Shown: positions 9,943 to 19,664, counted from the stretch's first letter. The stretch: 64,000 nt of DNA from Planctomycetota bacterium (GCA_050248855.1 JBFWRP010000017.1:26025-90024), one strand, 5' to 3'. Made by a program: numbers and translations. Notes: generated from the sequence alone by a model not told the origin.

Positions 9943-10451
9943 CGGAGGGCCTCCTGGCGCACGGAGCCCGGCCCGGGCGCGTCGGCAGAGCGTAACCCCT
10001 CGCCGTCGCCTTGGATCCCGGGGGGGAGGTCCAGCAGCTTGTGCCGGTCGCGCGGTGTCGGGAGCGCACACGCATCGGCAGGGAACCAGCGGTGACGCCG
10101 CGCGGCCACGGCGTCGTAGACGGCGTCGCGCCAGCGGCGCGGCACCGCCTCCAACATCCGCACGAGCCGCCAGGCGCCACCGAGCGCCGCCAACGCGGCC
10201 AGCGCCGCCGACGAGCGGACGAGCAAGCGCTCGCCCGGCTGGCCGTGGTCGAGGACGGTGCGCAGCGAGTCCGCGCCGACGTCGGCGGTCGGGTGGCGCG
10301 CGAGGACGGCCTGCCCCACGGGCCCCTCCAGGGCCGCGAAGCGCAGCGCGTCACGCCGGTCCCGAGCCAGCAGGAAGCGCACGGAGCGCTGGCACAGTCC
10401 GCAAGCGCCGTCGTACAGGACGAGCACGGGCGGCGTCCGGCGGCGGGCCAT
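9939..10451 (-). CDS. DCC1-like thiol-disulfide oxidoreductase (DUF393)
   Basis: LYDGACGLC (DxxCxxC), LRFAALEG, RDAVYDAVAARRHRWF. Confidence 0.85.
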   Translation of the reverse strand: MARRRTPPVLVLYDGACGLCQRSVRFLLARDRRDALRFAALEGPVGQAVLARHPTADVGADSLRTVLDHGQPGERLLVRSSAALAALAALGGAWRLVRMLEAVPRRWRDAVYDAVAARRHRWFPADACALPTPRDRHKLLDLPPGIQGDGEGLRSADAPGPGSVRQEALR

Positions 10452-10525
10452 GCCTCCAGTCGATCACGAGCGGCGAGCCGGGTCGAAACCTGACCGCCAC
10501 GGCGCGTCGGGTACAGAATCCGCCC

Positions 10526-11620
10526 ATGGCCCACGCCTTGCCCCCGCCGCTCGTCGCCGTGCTCGCCGGGGGGTCGGGTACGCGCTTCTGGCCCGCGGGG
10601 CGCACCGCGCGGCCCAAGCAGTGCCTCGCGCTGGACGGCGACGACCCCCGGCCCCTGCTGGCCCTCACGCTGGAGCGCGTGCGCCCGCTCCTCGGCGCCG
10701 GCGAGGCAACCTGCATCGTGGCGCCGCCCGGGCTGCGCCGCGTGCTTGCCGCCGCGGCCCCCGACCATCCGGCGTCGGCGTGGCTGGCGGAGCCCGCTCC
10801 GCGCAACACGGCGGCGGCGGTCGCACTCGTGGCGTTCACGGCCGCGGCCCGCGACCCGCGCACGCCCGTGCTCGTGTTGCCTGCGGACCAGCACGTGGCG
10901 CCCGTGGCCCTGTACCGCCGCGCGCTGAAGGCGATGATCACGCGCGCGCGGCGGAGCGAGGCGATCCTGACGCTCGGGCTGGTGCCCACGCGCCCCGCGA
11001 CGGGCTACGGGTACTTGCGTCGCGGAGAAGAGCTGGCCGCTCCGAAGGGCTTGGCGCTCCACGTCGTGGAGCGCTTCGTCGAGAAGCCGGACGCGGCCAA
11101 GGCCGTGCGCCTCGTACGCGACGGCAACCACCTGTGGAACGGTGGCACGTTCGCGTTTCGCGCCGAGGTGTTCCTCGACGCGCTGGCGCGCCACTTGCCT
11201 ACGGTCCACGAGCCGCTCGCGGCCGCCTTCGGGCGCGGCGTCCCCTCCGCGCGCCGCCTCGCGGGCGCCTGGGAGCAGCTGCCCTCGATCTCCGTGGACT
11301 ACGGCGTCATGGAGCGCGCCGAGCGGGTCGAGGTCGTGTCGGCCCCGCTGACATGGGACGACCTGGGCTCGTGGGACGCGGTGGCCCGCGGTCGCCGGGC
11401 CGACGCCGACGGCAACTGCCTCCGCGGCGACGTCGTGGCCGTGGACGCCAAGGGCTGCGTGGTCGATGCCGAAGGCGGCACCGTGGCGCTGCTCGGGGTC
11501 GAGGACCTGATCGTGGTGCGAACGGGAGACGCCGTGCTCGTGGCGCGCCGCGGCCGCGGTGAGGACGTTCGCGAGATCGTGGCCCGTCTCAAGGCGAACG
11601 CCCGGAGCGACCTCCTGTGA
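10526..11620 (+). CDS. manC: Mannose-1-phosphate guanylyltransferase
   Basis: LAGGSGTRFWP, PKQ, EPAPRNTA, FVEKPD, WNGGTF, SISVDYGVME, WDDLGSW. Confidence 0.9.
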   Translation: MAHALPPPLVAVLAGGSGTRFWPAGRTARPKQCLALDGDDPRPLLALTLERVRPLLGAGEATCIVAPPGLRRVLAAAAPDHPASAWLAEPAPRNTAAAVALVAFTAAARDPRTPVLVLPADQHVAPVALYRRALKAMITRARRSEAILTLGLVPTRPATGYGYLRRGEELAAPKGLALHVVERFVEKPDAAKAVRLVRDGNHLWNGGTFAFRAEVFLDALARHLPTVHEPLAAAFGRGVPSARRLAGAWEQLPSISVDYGVMERAERVEVVSAPLTWDDLGSWDAVARGRRADADGNCLRGDVVAVDAKGCVVDAEGGTVALLGVEDLIVVRTGDAVLVARRGRGEDVREIVARLKANARSDLL

Positions 11621-11630
11621 AGGGCATCGC

Positions 11631-12089
11631 GTGAGCGGCGGCGCGTCGCTGCGCCGGGTGGTCGCCGTCGACTACGGGCGCCGACGGATCGGCATCGCCA
11701 CCTGCGACCCGCTGGGCATCACCGTGCGCGGTGTGGCCACGGTCTGGCGCGAGGCCGCCGCCCCCGACGGGGCCCTGGTCGCGGTGGCCCGGCACCTGGC
11801 CGATCTGGGCGCCCAGGTCGTCCTCGTGGGCCTGCCGCTGCACGAGGACGGCTCCGAGTCGGAGATGAGCCAGGAGGCCCGGGCCTTCGCCGCCGACCTG
11901 GCGGCGCGCGGGCCCTGGGGCGTCGAGCTGGTCCACGAGGGGCTCACCTCCTGGGAGGCCGAGGCCCGGCTCAAGGAGCGGGGGGTGCCGCTCGAGGCCG
12001 CCCGCAAGGACGGTCGGATCGACCAGGAGGCCGCCGCGGTCCTGCTCCGGGCCTGGCTCGACGAGCGGGGCGGGCGGACGGGGGCCTGA
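11631..12089 (+). CDS. ruvX: RuvX/YqgF family nuclease
   Basis: AVDYGRRRIGIA, VGLPL, HEGLTSWEA, IDQEAAAVLL. Confidence 0.88.
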   Translation: MSGGASLRRVVAVDYGRRRIGIATCDPLGITVRGVATVWREAAAPDGALVAVARHLADLGAQVVLVGLPLHEDGSESEMSQEARAFAADLAARGPWGVELVHEGLTSWEAEARLKERGVPLEAARKDGRIDQEAAAVLLRAWLDERGGRTGA

Positions 12090-12268
12090 CGGGGCGGCAT
12101 TTCCGGGGCTCGGGCCCCGCGCCCCGCTACCTTCTCCCGCCATACCCAAGAACGAAACCAACCTTTCGAAACACACGGACCCCATGACCCCGGCCCGGAC
12201 CGCCCCCTCGCCCCATCGGCGACGGAGACATGGCGGAGGCTGGACCGGTGGTGGCGAGGAGTCTGACC

Positions 12269-12538
12269 ATGGCCGTCAAGAACCCCGAAAAGGGTGACAT
12301 CATCGCCGAGCACGCGCGCAAGGATGGCGACACGGGCAGCACGCCCGTGCAGATCGCCATCCTCTCGCAGCGCATTCGGCATCTCACCGAGCATCTGCGC
12401 ACCTACTCCAAGGACCACGCCACGCGGCGGGGTCTGCTGCGCCTCGTCGGACGACGGGCATCGCTGATGCGCTACTACGCCCGGACCGAGCCGGCGGCCT
12501 ATCAGGAACTCGTCAGCAAGCTGGGGATCCGCGGCTAG
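12269..12538 (+). CDS. rpsO: 30S ribosomal protein S15
   Basis: DTGSTPVQIAIL, HLTEHL..KDH..RRGLLRLVGRR. Confidence 0.96.
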   Translation: MAVKNPEKGDIIAEHARKDGDTGSTPVQIAILSQRIRHLTEHLRTYSKDHATRRGLLRLVGRRASLMRYYARTEPAAYQELVSKLGIRG

Positions 12539-12547
12539 GAGTCCCTT

Positions 12548-14812
12548 TTGTCCATTCACGAAGTGTCGGTCCAGATCGGGAACAAGACCCTCTGGATCGA
12601 AACGGGCCGCATGGCGCGGCTTGCGGCCGGCGCTGTCGTCGTCCGCCTCGGCGAGACCATGGTGTTGTCCGCCGCGTCGTCGTCCCCCGCACGGGCGGGC
12701 CTCGACTTCTTCCCTCTCACGGTGGACTACCGCGAGAAGACCTACGCCGCCGGGAAGATCCCGGGCGGCTTCCTCAAGCGTGAGGCCGCTCCGAGCCCCA
12801 AGGAGATCCTCACGATGCGGATGGCCGACCGGCCGATCCGCCCGCTGTGGCCCAAGGGCTACCGGGAGGACACGCAGATCCAGTCGTTCGTCATCTCGTA
12901 CGACCAGCTGAACGACCCGGACGTGCTGTCGATCAACGGCTCGGGTGCCGCGCTCGCGCTCGCTCCCGTTCCGTTCCTCGGCCCCATCGGCGCCGTGCGC
13001 GTGGGTCGCGTCGACGGCCAGTTCATCGCCATGCCGGACAACGTCGAGCTCGCCGAGAGCGAGATGAACATGGTCGTGGCCGGCACCGCCGAGGCCGTGA
13101 CCATGGTCGAGGCCGGCATGAACGAGGTCTCCGAGGAGGTCGCCATCGACGCGATCGCCTTCGGCCACGCGCAGATCAAGAAGATCTGTGCCGCCGTCGA
13201 GGAGCTGCGGGAGAAGGCCGGCTGGAAGCCGGTGTCCTGGACGGCGCCCGAGGAGCCCAAGGGCGCCATCGATGCGACCGCCAAGGGCTGGCTCGAGCCC
13301 ATGCGCAAGGCGCTGCACATCCCCGAGAAGCTGGCCCGCACCGCGGCCAAGAAGAAGGTCGTGGCGGAGATCCGCGAGGCCCTCGTCCAGACCGAAGACG
13401 GCCAGTCGGGCCGTTTCCCGGCGTCGGAGATCGAGGCCGCCGTCGACAAGCTCGAGAAGCGCGTCATCCGCGAAGCCGTGTTGAACGGCAAGCGGGTCGA
13501 CGGCCGCGCGCCCGACGAGATCCGCCCGATCACCGTCGAGGTGGGCCTGCTGCCGCGCGCCCACGGCTCCGCGCTGTTCACGCGCGGCGAGACCCAGGCC
13601 CTGGTCACCTCGACCCTGGGCACGGGCTTGGACGAGAAGCTCGAGGACGGTCTCCACAAGCACTCGTACACGCGCAAGTACTACCTCCACTACAACTTCC
13701 CCCCGCTCTGCGTCGGCGAGACGCGCCCCATCCGCGGGCCGTCGCGTCGTGAGATCGGCCACGGAGCGCTGGCGGAGCGCAGCCTCCTGCCCGTGCTGCC
13801 CGAGATGGGCGATTTCCCGTTCACCATCCGCGTCGTCAGCGACGTGCTCATGTCCAACGGCTCGTCGTCGATGGCCAGCGTCTGCGGGACGACGCTGTCC
13901 ATGATGGACGCGGGCATCCAGATCAAGCGTCCCGTCGCGGGCATCGCGATGGGCTTGGTCGAAGAGGGCGACCGCACGGTCGTGCTCAGCGACATCCTCG
14001 GTGACGAGGACCACGCCGGCGACATGGACTTCAAGGTGGCCGGTACGCAGCGCGGCATCACCGCCCTGCAGATGGACATCAAGAGCACGGGCGTGTCCAA
14101 GGAGACGCTCACGACGGCGCTCGACCAGGCGCGTCACGGCCGCATCCACATCCTGAAGGAGATGCTGAAGGCGATCAGCCGTCCGCGTCCCGAGTACAAC
14201 CGCCACGCCCCGCGCGTGGAGATCGTGCGCATCAAGCCCGACAAGATCGGCATGCTGATCGGCCCGGGCGGCAAGAACATCCGCCGCATCCAGGAAGAGA
14301 CCGGAACGACCATCCAGGTCGAAGACGACGGTCTCGTGAAGATCTACGCCACCGAGGCGGAGAGCGGCCAGGCCGCCCGTCGCCAAGTGGAGGCCGTGGC
14401 CGAAGAGGCCACGCTGGGCCGGATCTACGACGGCAAGGTGACCAGCGTGAAGGACTTCGGCGCCTTCTTCGAGATCATCCCCGGCGTGGAAGGCCTGGTG
14501 CACGTCAGCGAGCTGGCCGCGGGCTACGTGGACCGCGTCGACTCGGTCGTCGCGCCCGGCGAGATCCACCCGGTCAAGGTGATCCTGATCGACGAGTCCG
14601 GCCGCGTGAAGCTGTCCCGCAAGCAGGCGCTGGCCGAGCTCGGCCAGGAAGACCCGCGCGCCCCCACCGGCGTCGCGCCGCAGGGCGGCGAGGGCCGTCC
14701 GCCGCGCGACTACGGCGACCGCGGCGAGCGCGGCGGTGACCGAGGTGGTCGCGGTGGTGACCGCGGCGGCCGAGGTGGCCGTGGCGATCGCGGCCCGCGC
14801 CGTCGCGACTGA
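12548..14812 (+). CDS. pnp: Polyribonucleotide nucleotidyltransferase
   Basis: FFPLTVDYRE, RREIGHG, SNGSSSMAS, GDMDFKVAGT, KH (IGPGGKNIR) and S1 domains; follows rpsO. Confidence 0.97.
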   Translation: MSIHEVSVQIGNKTLWIETGRMARLAAGAVVVRLGETMVLSAASSSPARAGLDFFPLTVDYREKTYAAGKIPGGFLKREAAPSPKEILTMRMADRPIRPLWPKGYREDTQIQSFVISYDQLNDPDVLSINGSGAALALAPVPFLGPIGAVRVGRVDGQFIAMPDNVELAESEMNMVVAGTAEAVTMVEAGMNEVSEEVAIDAIAFGHAQIKKICAAVEELREKAGWKPVSWTAPEEPKGAIDATAKGWLEPMRKALHIPEKLARTAAKKKVVAEIREALVQTEDGQSGRFPASEIEAAVDKLEKRVIREAVLNGKRVDGRAPDEIRPITVEVGLLPRAHGSALFTRGETQALVTSTLGTGLDEKLEDGLHKHSYTRKYYLHYNFPPLCVGETRPIRGPSRREIGHGALAERSLLPVLPEMGDFPFTIRVVSDVLMSNGSSSMASVCGTTLSMMDAGIQIKRPVAGIAMGLVEEGDRTVVLSDILGDEDHAGDMDFKVAGTQRGITALQMDIKSTGVSKETLTTALDQARHGRIHILKEMLKAISRPRPEYNRHAPRVEIVRIKPDKIGMLIGPGGKNIRRIQEETGTTIQVEDDGLVKIYATEAESGQAARRQVEAVAEEATLGRIYDGKVTSVKDFGAFFEIIPGVEGLVHVSELAAGYVDRVDSVVAPGEIHPVKVILIDESGRVKLSRKQALAELGQEDPRAPTGVAPQGGEGRPPRDYGDRGERGGDRGGRGGDRGGRGGRGDRGPRRRD

Positions 14813-14830
14813 CGACGGCGGGACCTAAGA

Positions 14831-14857
14831 CCCCCTGGGCGAGCTCTGCCCAGGGGG
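14831..14857 (+). terminator. Hairpin after pnp (possible terminator)
   Basis: CCCCCTGGGC-7 nt-GCCCAGGGGG 10-bp stem; no U-tract. Confidence 0.45.
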
Positions 14858-14922
14858 CCTCCCGCACCCTCGCGGGGCCGCTATCCTGCACCAGCTCTTT
14901 CGGGGAGCTGGGAGCTCGGAAC

Positions 14923-16296
14923 ATGGGGATTGCCTCTTGGCCCGCGCCGCGGAGCGGCCTTCGCGCGGGAGCCTTGTCCATCGCGGCCTTGTGGATGTGC
15001 GCCTCCCTGGTCGGCATGCGACCTGCCACGGCCGACCCCGATGGCAAGGGGGAAGTGCACAAGATGGTCGACTTGTTCCTCGAGGGGGAGCAGGTCGCCG
15101 AGGCTGCCAAGCTCATGGCCTTCGACGGCGCGGCGGAGGAGCTCCGCCGCAAGCCCAAGGACATGTTGAACCTGGCCAAGGTGGTCAATCGCCACGCGGA
15201 GCGCTGGCGCCAGCGGCGCCTTCGCTACGACGGATCCCTCGAGCTCTGCGAGCGCATCGTCCAGCTGGCAACGATCGTCCGCGATGCCAACGCGAACGAT
15301 GCCACGGGTCATCTGGCCCACGCAGAGGCCTTGTTCGCACTGGGTCACGAGCGCATCAACCGTCACGTCGACGGGTCGTTCGACGACCACTTCGGCACGG
15401 CCATCGCCTCGCTGCGCGCGGCGATCGAGAAGGATCCCGGCAATGCGATGGCGCACCACCTGCGCCTCGTGGCCCTCTACCGCGCAGAGGGCTCCTCGCC
15501 AGGCGGCAAGACCGCGGACATGCTGGCGCTCGCCGCGAGCGAGCTGGAGGCCGCCCGCAAGCTGGCCCCGCAAGACGTGGCCCTGCAGCGCGAAGCCGGG
15601 TTCTTGGCGTGTCTGCGCGTTCGGCACCTCCTGGACACGAAACAGGGCGGGCCGGCGAAGGAGGCTTTCCAGGAGGCGATGGCCCTGGTGCAGCCTGCCG
15701 ACGGGAAGCGGCCGGACGAGACGATGGCGGGCATCTACAACGAGCTGCTCGACATCGGTTTCAAACACAAGATCGCGCCGAAGAAGGCGGAGTACATCCA
15801 CGAAGACACGAACCGCGGCACGTTCCGGATCAAGATCCCGATCGGCAGCGGTTGGTCCACGAACGACGCCATGCCCCTGTTGGGAGCGGGTGAGACGCGG
15901 ATCCTCCTGGAGTGGTCGCCCGCTACCGGCTCACCGTGCGGCCTGGAGCTTGCCGCCTTCTCGTGGAACACGCTGTACGGCAGCGTCGGCGGCGACGCGG
16001 CCAAGGGGATCTTCGACATGTTGCAGACTGCAACGTCGGGTCGCCTCAAGAACGTCAAGGCCAAGTCGGCCGGGCGCAGCCCGCTGCCTCGCTGGGCCTC
16101 CAAGCACGACAGCGTGCGCCTCGAGGCCAACGGCTCGGGCGGTGAGCCGCTCACCCTCTGGATCTACGTCTGGAAGAGCAAGGAGCACATGCTGACGTAC
16201 GGGCTCCTGGTCCGCGTCGACGGCGAGCACACCAAGGATCTCCCCGAGCAGATGCAGTTCGTGCTCGGCTCGCTGGAAGAGCCGAGCGGCAAGTAG
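14923..16296 (+). CDS. Hypothetical exported protein with TPR-like helical region
   Basis: Signal-peptide-like N-terminus ending ATA-DP; helical repeats (AIEKDPGNA, ARKLAPQD). Confidence 0.6.
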   Translation: MGIASWPAPRSGLRAGALSIAALWMCASLVGMRPATADPDGKGEVHKMVDLFLEGEQVAEAAKLMAFDGAAEELRRKPKDMLNLAKVVNRHAERWRQRRLRYDGSLELCERIVQLATIVRDANANDATGHLAHAEALFALGHERINRHVDGSFDDHFGTAIASLRAAIEKDPGNAMAHHLRLVALYRAEGSSPGGKTADMLALAASELEAARKLAPQDVALQREAGFLACLRVRHLLDTKQGGPAKEAFQEAMALVQPADGKRPDETMAGIYNELLDIGFKHKIAPKKAEYIHEDTNRGTFRIKIPIGSGWSTNDAMPLLGAGETRILLEWSPATGSPCGLELAAFSWNTLYGSVGGDAAKGIFDMLQTATSGRLKNVKAKSAGRSPLPRWASKHDSVRLEANGSGGEPLTLWIYVWKSKEHMLTYGLLVRVDGEHTKDLPEQMQFVLGSLEEPSGK

Positions 16297-16307
16297 CCAC
16301 GCTCCCG

Positions 16308-17573
16308 TCAGGGAGCTCGAGGCCCCGAATCCGACGCGGACGCACCCTCGCGCTGGAGTCGTGCGAGGCGACGGTCCTCGCGTCGGCGTGCGTGGTGGCT
16401 TGGGGTCCGTACGTCGAACCAAGCGGGGCGGATGGCCGCCGTCGCCACGAACCAGACGTCGCGGTCCAGCCCTTCGAACGCGAGTCCCCCGAGGATGGGG
16501 TCGAGCGTGACGGGCATGGCCGGAATGCTCGTCCGGCTGCGCTCCCGCCCCTTCAGGACGAGTCCCCCGAACACGAGCGGCCTGCGGTCCTCCAGCGTGA
16601 GCTGCGTGCGGACCGCGCGCGTGCGCAGCTCGTAGGCGCCCGGCGGTGCGTCGCCGCGCTCGATGCGCACGGGAAGCTCCAGCACGAGCTGCAGGTCGAT
16701 GGTGGCCCGGTCCGGCGCGATGTCCAGCGCGGTTGCCTTCAGCGTCAGGCCCGACGCCAAGGGGCCCACGGCGACCTGCGGGCCACCTGCGCTCGGCAGG
16801 CGGAACAAGAGCTGCGGGAGCAGGTTCTTGACCTGGAGCTCCGCAGGCCGCCCCTTCGTCAAGAGCAGGTGCGGGCGTGCCAGCCAGCGCCCTCGGCCGT
16901 CGGCGAGGAGGGCGCTGATCTCCATCTCCAGGAGACCGTGCAGCCAGTCGGGCTCGCCAAAGGCCGCCGACGTGCCTTCGAAGGGCCTGAGCCCGATCAC
17001 GTCCTGGCGTAGAACGTCCTCGGGGCGGAAGTCCACGGTGTAGCCACGGAACAGGGTGGTCTGCGGCGTGGCGCCGAGGTCCTTGTCGAAGCGCAAGAAG
17101 GCGCCCTTCTGCCACTCTCCGGTGCGCGCGATCTCGCAGAGCGCAAGGCACAGGCGAACGGAGGGCTCCGGTCGATCCAGGCGGTCGAGCCAGTCACGCG
17201 CCCGCTCCACGATCGGCCGCTCGCCGCGAAGCAGCAGTCGGCCCGGAGCCGACTGCGGACCCCGCTCCCCTGGACGCGGGTCGCGGACCACGCGGGGACT
17301 GACCAAGTCCACCGCAAGGCCTTCGAAGCCCACGGAGCGCAGGCCTTCGACCAGGTCTTCGGCGGTCCGGAACTCCGGCTGGACGAGGCTGAGGACGCCC
17401 TCCTCACGCCCGTCTCCGAACGGCCAGAGGCGACCATCGGGCTCGAGCGCAGCCTCTTCGGGCGGGTCGTGCGAGACGCCCCGGCACGGCGGCGCCTCGG
17501 CGGGGCCTGCGTGCAGCGTCGGAGCCCCGCCCAGCAGGACGAGGGCACCCGCGAGGGCTGCGCGCAGGCGCAC
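16308..17573 (-). CDS. Secretin-like (type II/III secretin family) outer-membrane protein
   Basis: Signal peptide; N3-like segment (LLLRG...LDRLDRP), LARPHLL, GLTLKATA, VRTQLTLEDRRPLVFGGL, IP...PILGGLAF. Confidence 0.62.
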   Translation of the reverse strand: MRLRAALAGALVLLGGAPTLHAGPAEAPPCRGVSHDPPEEAALEPDGRLWPFGDGREEGVLSLVQPEFRTAEDLVEGLRSVGFEGLAVDLVSPRVVRDPRPGERGPQSAPGRLLLRGERPIVERARDWLDRLDRPEPSVRLCLALCEIARTGEWQKGAFLRFDKDLGATPQTTLFRGYTVDFRPEDVLRQDVIGLRPFEGTSAAFGEPDWLHGLLEMEISALLADGRGRWLARPHLLLTKGRPAELQVKNLLPQLLFRLPSAGGPQVAVGPLASGLTLKATALDIAPDRATIDLQLVLELPVRIERGDAPPGAYELRTRAVRTQLTLEDRRPLVFGGLVLKGRERSRTSIPAMPVTLDPILGGLAFEGLDRDVWFVATAAIRPAWFDVRTPSHHARRREDRRLARLQREGASASDSGPRAP

Positions 17574-17583
17574 GGGGCCCGGC

Positions 17584-17994
17584 TCAGGAGAGAGCGGCGA
17601 TGGCCGCCTGCGTGCGGTCGGGGACGTCGGGCGCCTCCTCGCGCGCCTTCGACACGGTGCCCTGCTCGGCGACGAGGTCGTGGCCGCCATCGCGCGCCAC
17701 GGCCTTGACGGCGTCGCTGAACTTCTTGGCCGCCTTCTTCATGAGGAAGTGGTACTGGACGTCGCGGTCGGTCAGACCCTTCTCGAGGATCTCCCGGTAC
17801 TCGGGAATCTGGCGGTAGACCGCGTCGGAGTCCACGTGACACGGGGACTGGAACAGGCGGGCGTTGCCCAGGTACACGCGCGTGGCGTCCACGCAGCGGT
17901 AGTCACCGACCGTGGCCAGGGCAGGTGCGGCCGTGACCGCCACCAAGAGGACGACCAACCCCAGGATCCCCGCTCGCCGCGTGAGAACGTCCAT
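17584..17994 (-). CDS. Small exported protein, Skp/OmpH-like
   Basis: Signal peptide (APALA); VDSDAVYRQIPEY and AVKAVARDGGHDLV resemble the N- and C-terminal Skp body motifs. Confidence 0.45.
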   Translation of the reverse strand: MDVLTRRAGILGLVVLLVAVTAAPALATVGDYRCVDATRVYLGNARLFQSPCHVDSDAVYRQIPEYREILEKGLTDRDVQYHFLMKKAAKKFSDAVKAVARDGGHDLVAEQGTVSKAREEAPDVPDRTQAAIAALS

Positions 17995-18648
17995 CGCTGC
18001 TCCCCCGCTCCGCCTCGCCTGCGGAGCTGAACCGGTCAGGTCGCCACCCCGGGAAGTGCCGCTCCTGCCCGGGAACGACGCCCCCTTGACTCGACGCGGA
18101 CCGAGCCCCCCACACGGGGCAACCGAGCCGGGCGGAGACCCGGCCGATCGACCCCGACGTGTTCTCGATCCTTGACCGCCAACGCAGGGCACAAAGCGCG
18201 TGCCCCAGGCCGCCCAGGGATGGACATCGGCCGCGATCGTGGCGGACTTTCGTCGATTCCCTGTTTTCAGGGCTTTCGAGGTATCGAGCGTGGCCCGTGC
18301 ACACGCCTGCGAACACCTCGCTGACGGAATTCGGCCACATTCCGCCAGCCGCGCCAGATCGGGCGGTTCGGACACGCCGTTTCCAGGCCGCCCGGCAGCT
18401 TCACGCCTTGCCGGGACTCCAAAAAGACTCGGGGCGCCCGGCCGCAAGCGACCGAGCGCCCCAGGTTGGCGCGGCATCCGGAGGACGTGGGGATTCGAGC
18501 CCGTCCGACCCGTTCCCGTTCGGCCTCACCCCGACGTCCACGTCGCCCCGCGCCTGCGCAAGCGCCTTGGGACGACACCGCCGGACCCGTTCCGGGCCGA
18601 GGCCGACCGGACCATCCGGTGCGTCACCTCGACCGGGGAGATCGTTTC

Positions 18649-18677
18649 ACAAACTAACTAGTTTGTCAATCGACAAA
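18649..18677. promoter_or_regulatory. AT-rich overlapping palindromes (candidate operators) upstream of XRE regulator
   Basis: ACAAACTA-AC-TAGTTTGT (18649-18666) and TTTGTC-AATC-GACAAA (18662-18677) in an otherwise GC-rich context. Confidence 0.55.
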
Positions 18678-18734
18678 ATCCGGAACTTTGCAAACCGGCT
18701 AGCCAACAGGTCCCGGAGGGCTACGATTCGGCAC

Positions 18735-19658
18735 GTGGCTCGGAAGATCTTCGCCAAGGCGTTGAGGCAGGCACGGCTGAAGGCCGGCCTCTCCCAGGCC
18801 GAGCTGGCGGCCAAGGTGGGCCTCACCGGCTCCTACATCAGCCAGCTCGAGTCGGGGCAGCGTCGACCGCTCATCCCGCGACGGGTGGAGGCCCTCTGCA
18901 AGGCCGTGGGCATCCCCAGCGGCCCGTTGCAGGAGGCCGCGGCCATGGAGCGCTCCTCCCCCACGATCCGCAAGAAGCTCGAGGGCTTGGACCGCGAGCG
19001 CGCCAAGGTGCGTCGCGTTCGGGACCGCCTCCTCGTCGCGGCGCTGCACGAGGCGGCGCTGCACGGCGTCGGACACGACGACCTCGAGGCGTCCGGGGAC
19101 CTCGAGCCCGAGGTGCGTCGGCACCTGCTGGTCGCCGCGCATCGCGCCAAGGGCCTGGGCGACGTACGGCGCGCGGAGGAAGAAGCGCCGCGCATCCTCG
19201 AGGGCACGGTCGGCAAGCAGCGCGACGCGATGCTGCGCGCGCTCCCACGCGTCCTCGAGACGCTGCGCGCACGCCGCCGCGCGGGCCCCGCCGACGCCGC
19301 GGCGGGCCCGCTGCTGGCCATCCGTCGGGGCCTGGACGCACGCAGCGGCGAGATCGGACGTCGCGTCGTGGACCCGGGCGACGGGGTGGGACCCGATGCG
19401 TGGTTCGTCGTGGCCGACGACGACGATGCGCATCCGCGCGTGGAGGCGGGGGACCTGCTGCTCGTCGACCCGGCCCTCGACCCCGAGACCGGGGACCTCG
19501 TCGTGCTGCTCCACGAGGGCCGCGTGCGGGTGCGTCGCTACATGCCGCAGGGCAGCGCGGTGCGCCTCGAGGCGCTGCGGCCCGACGTGCCACCGATCCG
19601 TCCCGCGACGGGCGCCACGCTCGTGGTCGTCCGCCGCATCGAACGCGCCTTGCGCTAG
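18735..19658 (+). CDS. XRE-family HTH regulator with C-terminal S24-like domain
   Basis: LRQARLKAGLSQAELAAKVGLTGSYISQLESG (HTH_3); GDLLLVDP...GDLVV...VRLEALRP (S24-like). Confidence 0.85.
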   Translation: MARKIFAKALRQARLKAGLSQAELAAKVGLTGSYISQLESGQRRPLIPRRVEALCKAVGIPSGPLQEAAAMERSSPTIRKKLEGLDRERAKVRRVRDRLLVAALHEAALHGVGHDDLEASGDLEPEVRRHLLVAAHRAKGLGDVRRAEEEAPRILEGTVGKQRDAMLRALPRVLETLRARRRAGPADAAAGPLLAIRRGLDARSGEIGRRVVDPGDGVGPDAWFVVADDDDAHPRVEAGDLLLVDPALDPETGDLVVLLHEGRVRVRRYMPQGSAVRLEALRPDVPPIRPATGATLVVVRRIERALR

Positions 19659-19664
19659 CGTCTC

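Noticed and set aside
12090..12268. S15 leader RNA upstream of rpsO
   Set aside because: Position is suitable, but I could not identify a known leader structure by eye
11672..14569. 965-aa minus-strand ORF
   Set aside because: Antisense shadow of rpsO-pnp
18501..18512. 12-mer CCGTCCGACCCG shared with the predicted 5' end of the candidate RNA (minus strand, ~34589-34600)
   Set aside because: A short GC-rich match is plausible by chance, and similarity does not extend
18481..18540. tRNA-like sequence (GGGGATTCGAGCCC resembles a T-arm)
   Set aside because: No cloverleaf, D-arm or anticodon arm can be built on either strand; only an imperfect hairpin
18735..19658. Prophage repressor / prophage
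   Set aside because: No integrase, cro, replication or structural phage genes nearby
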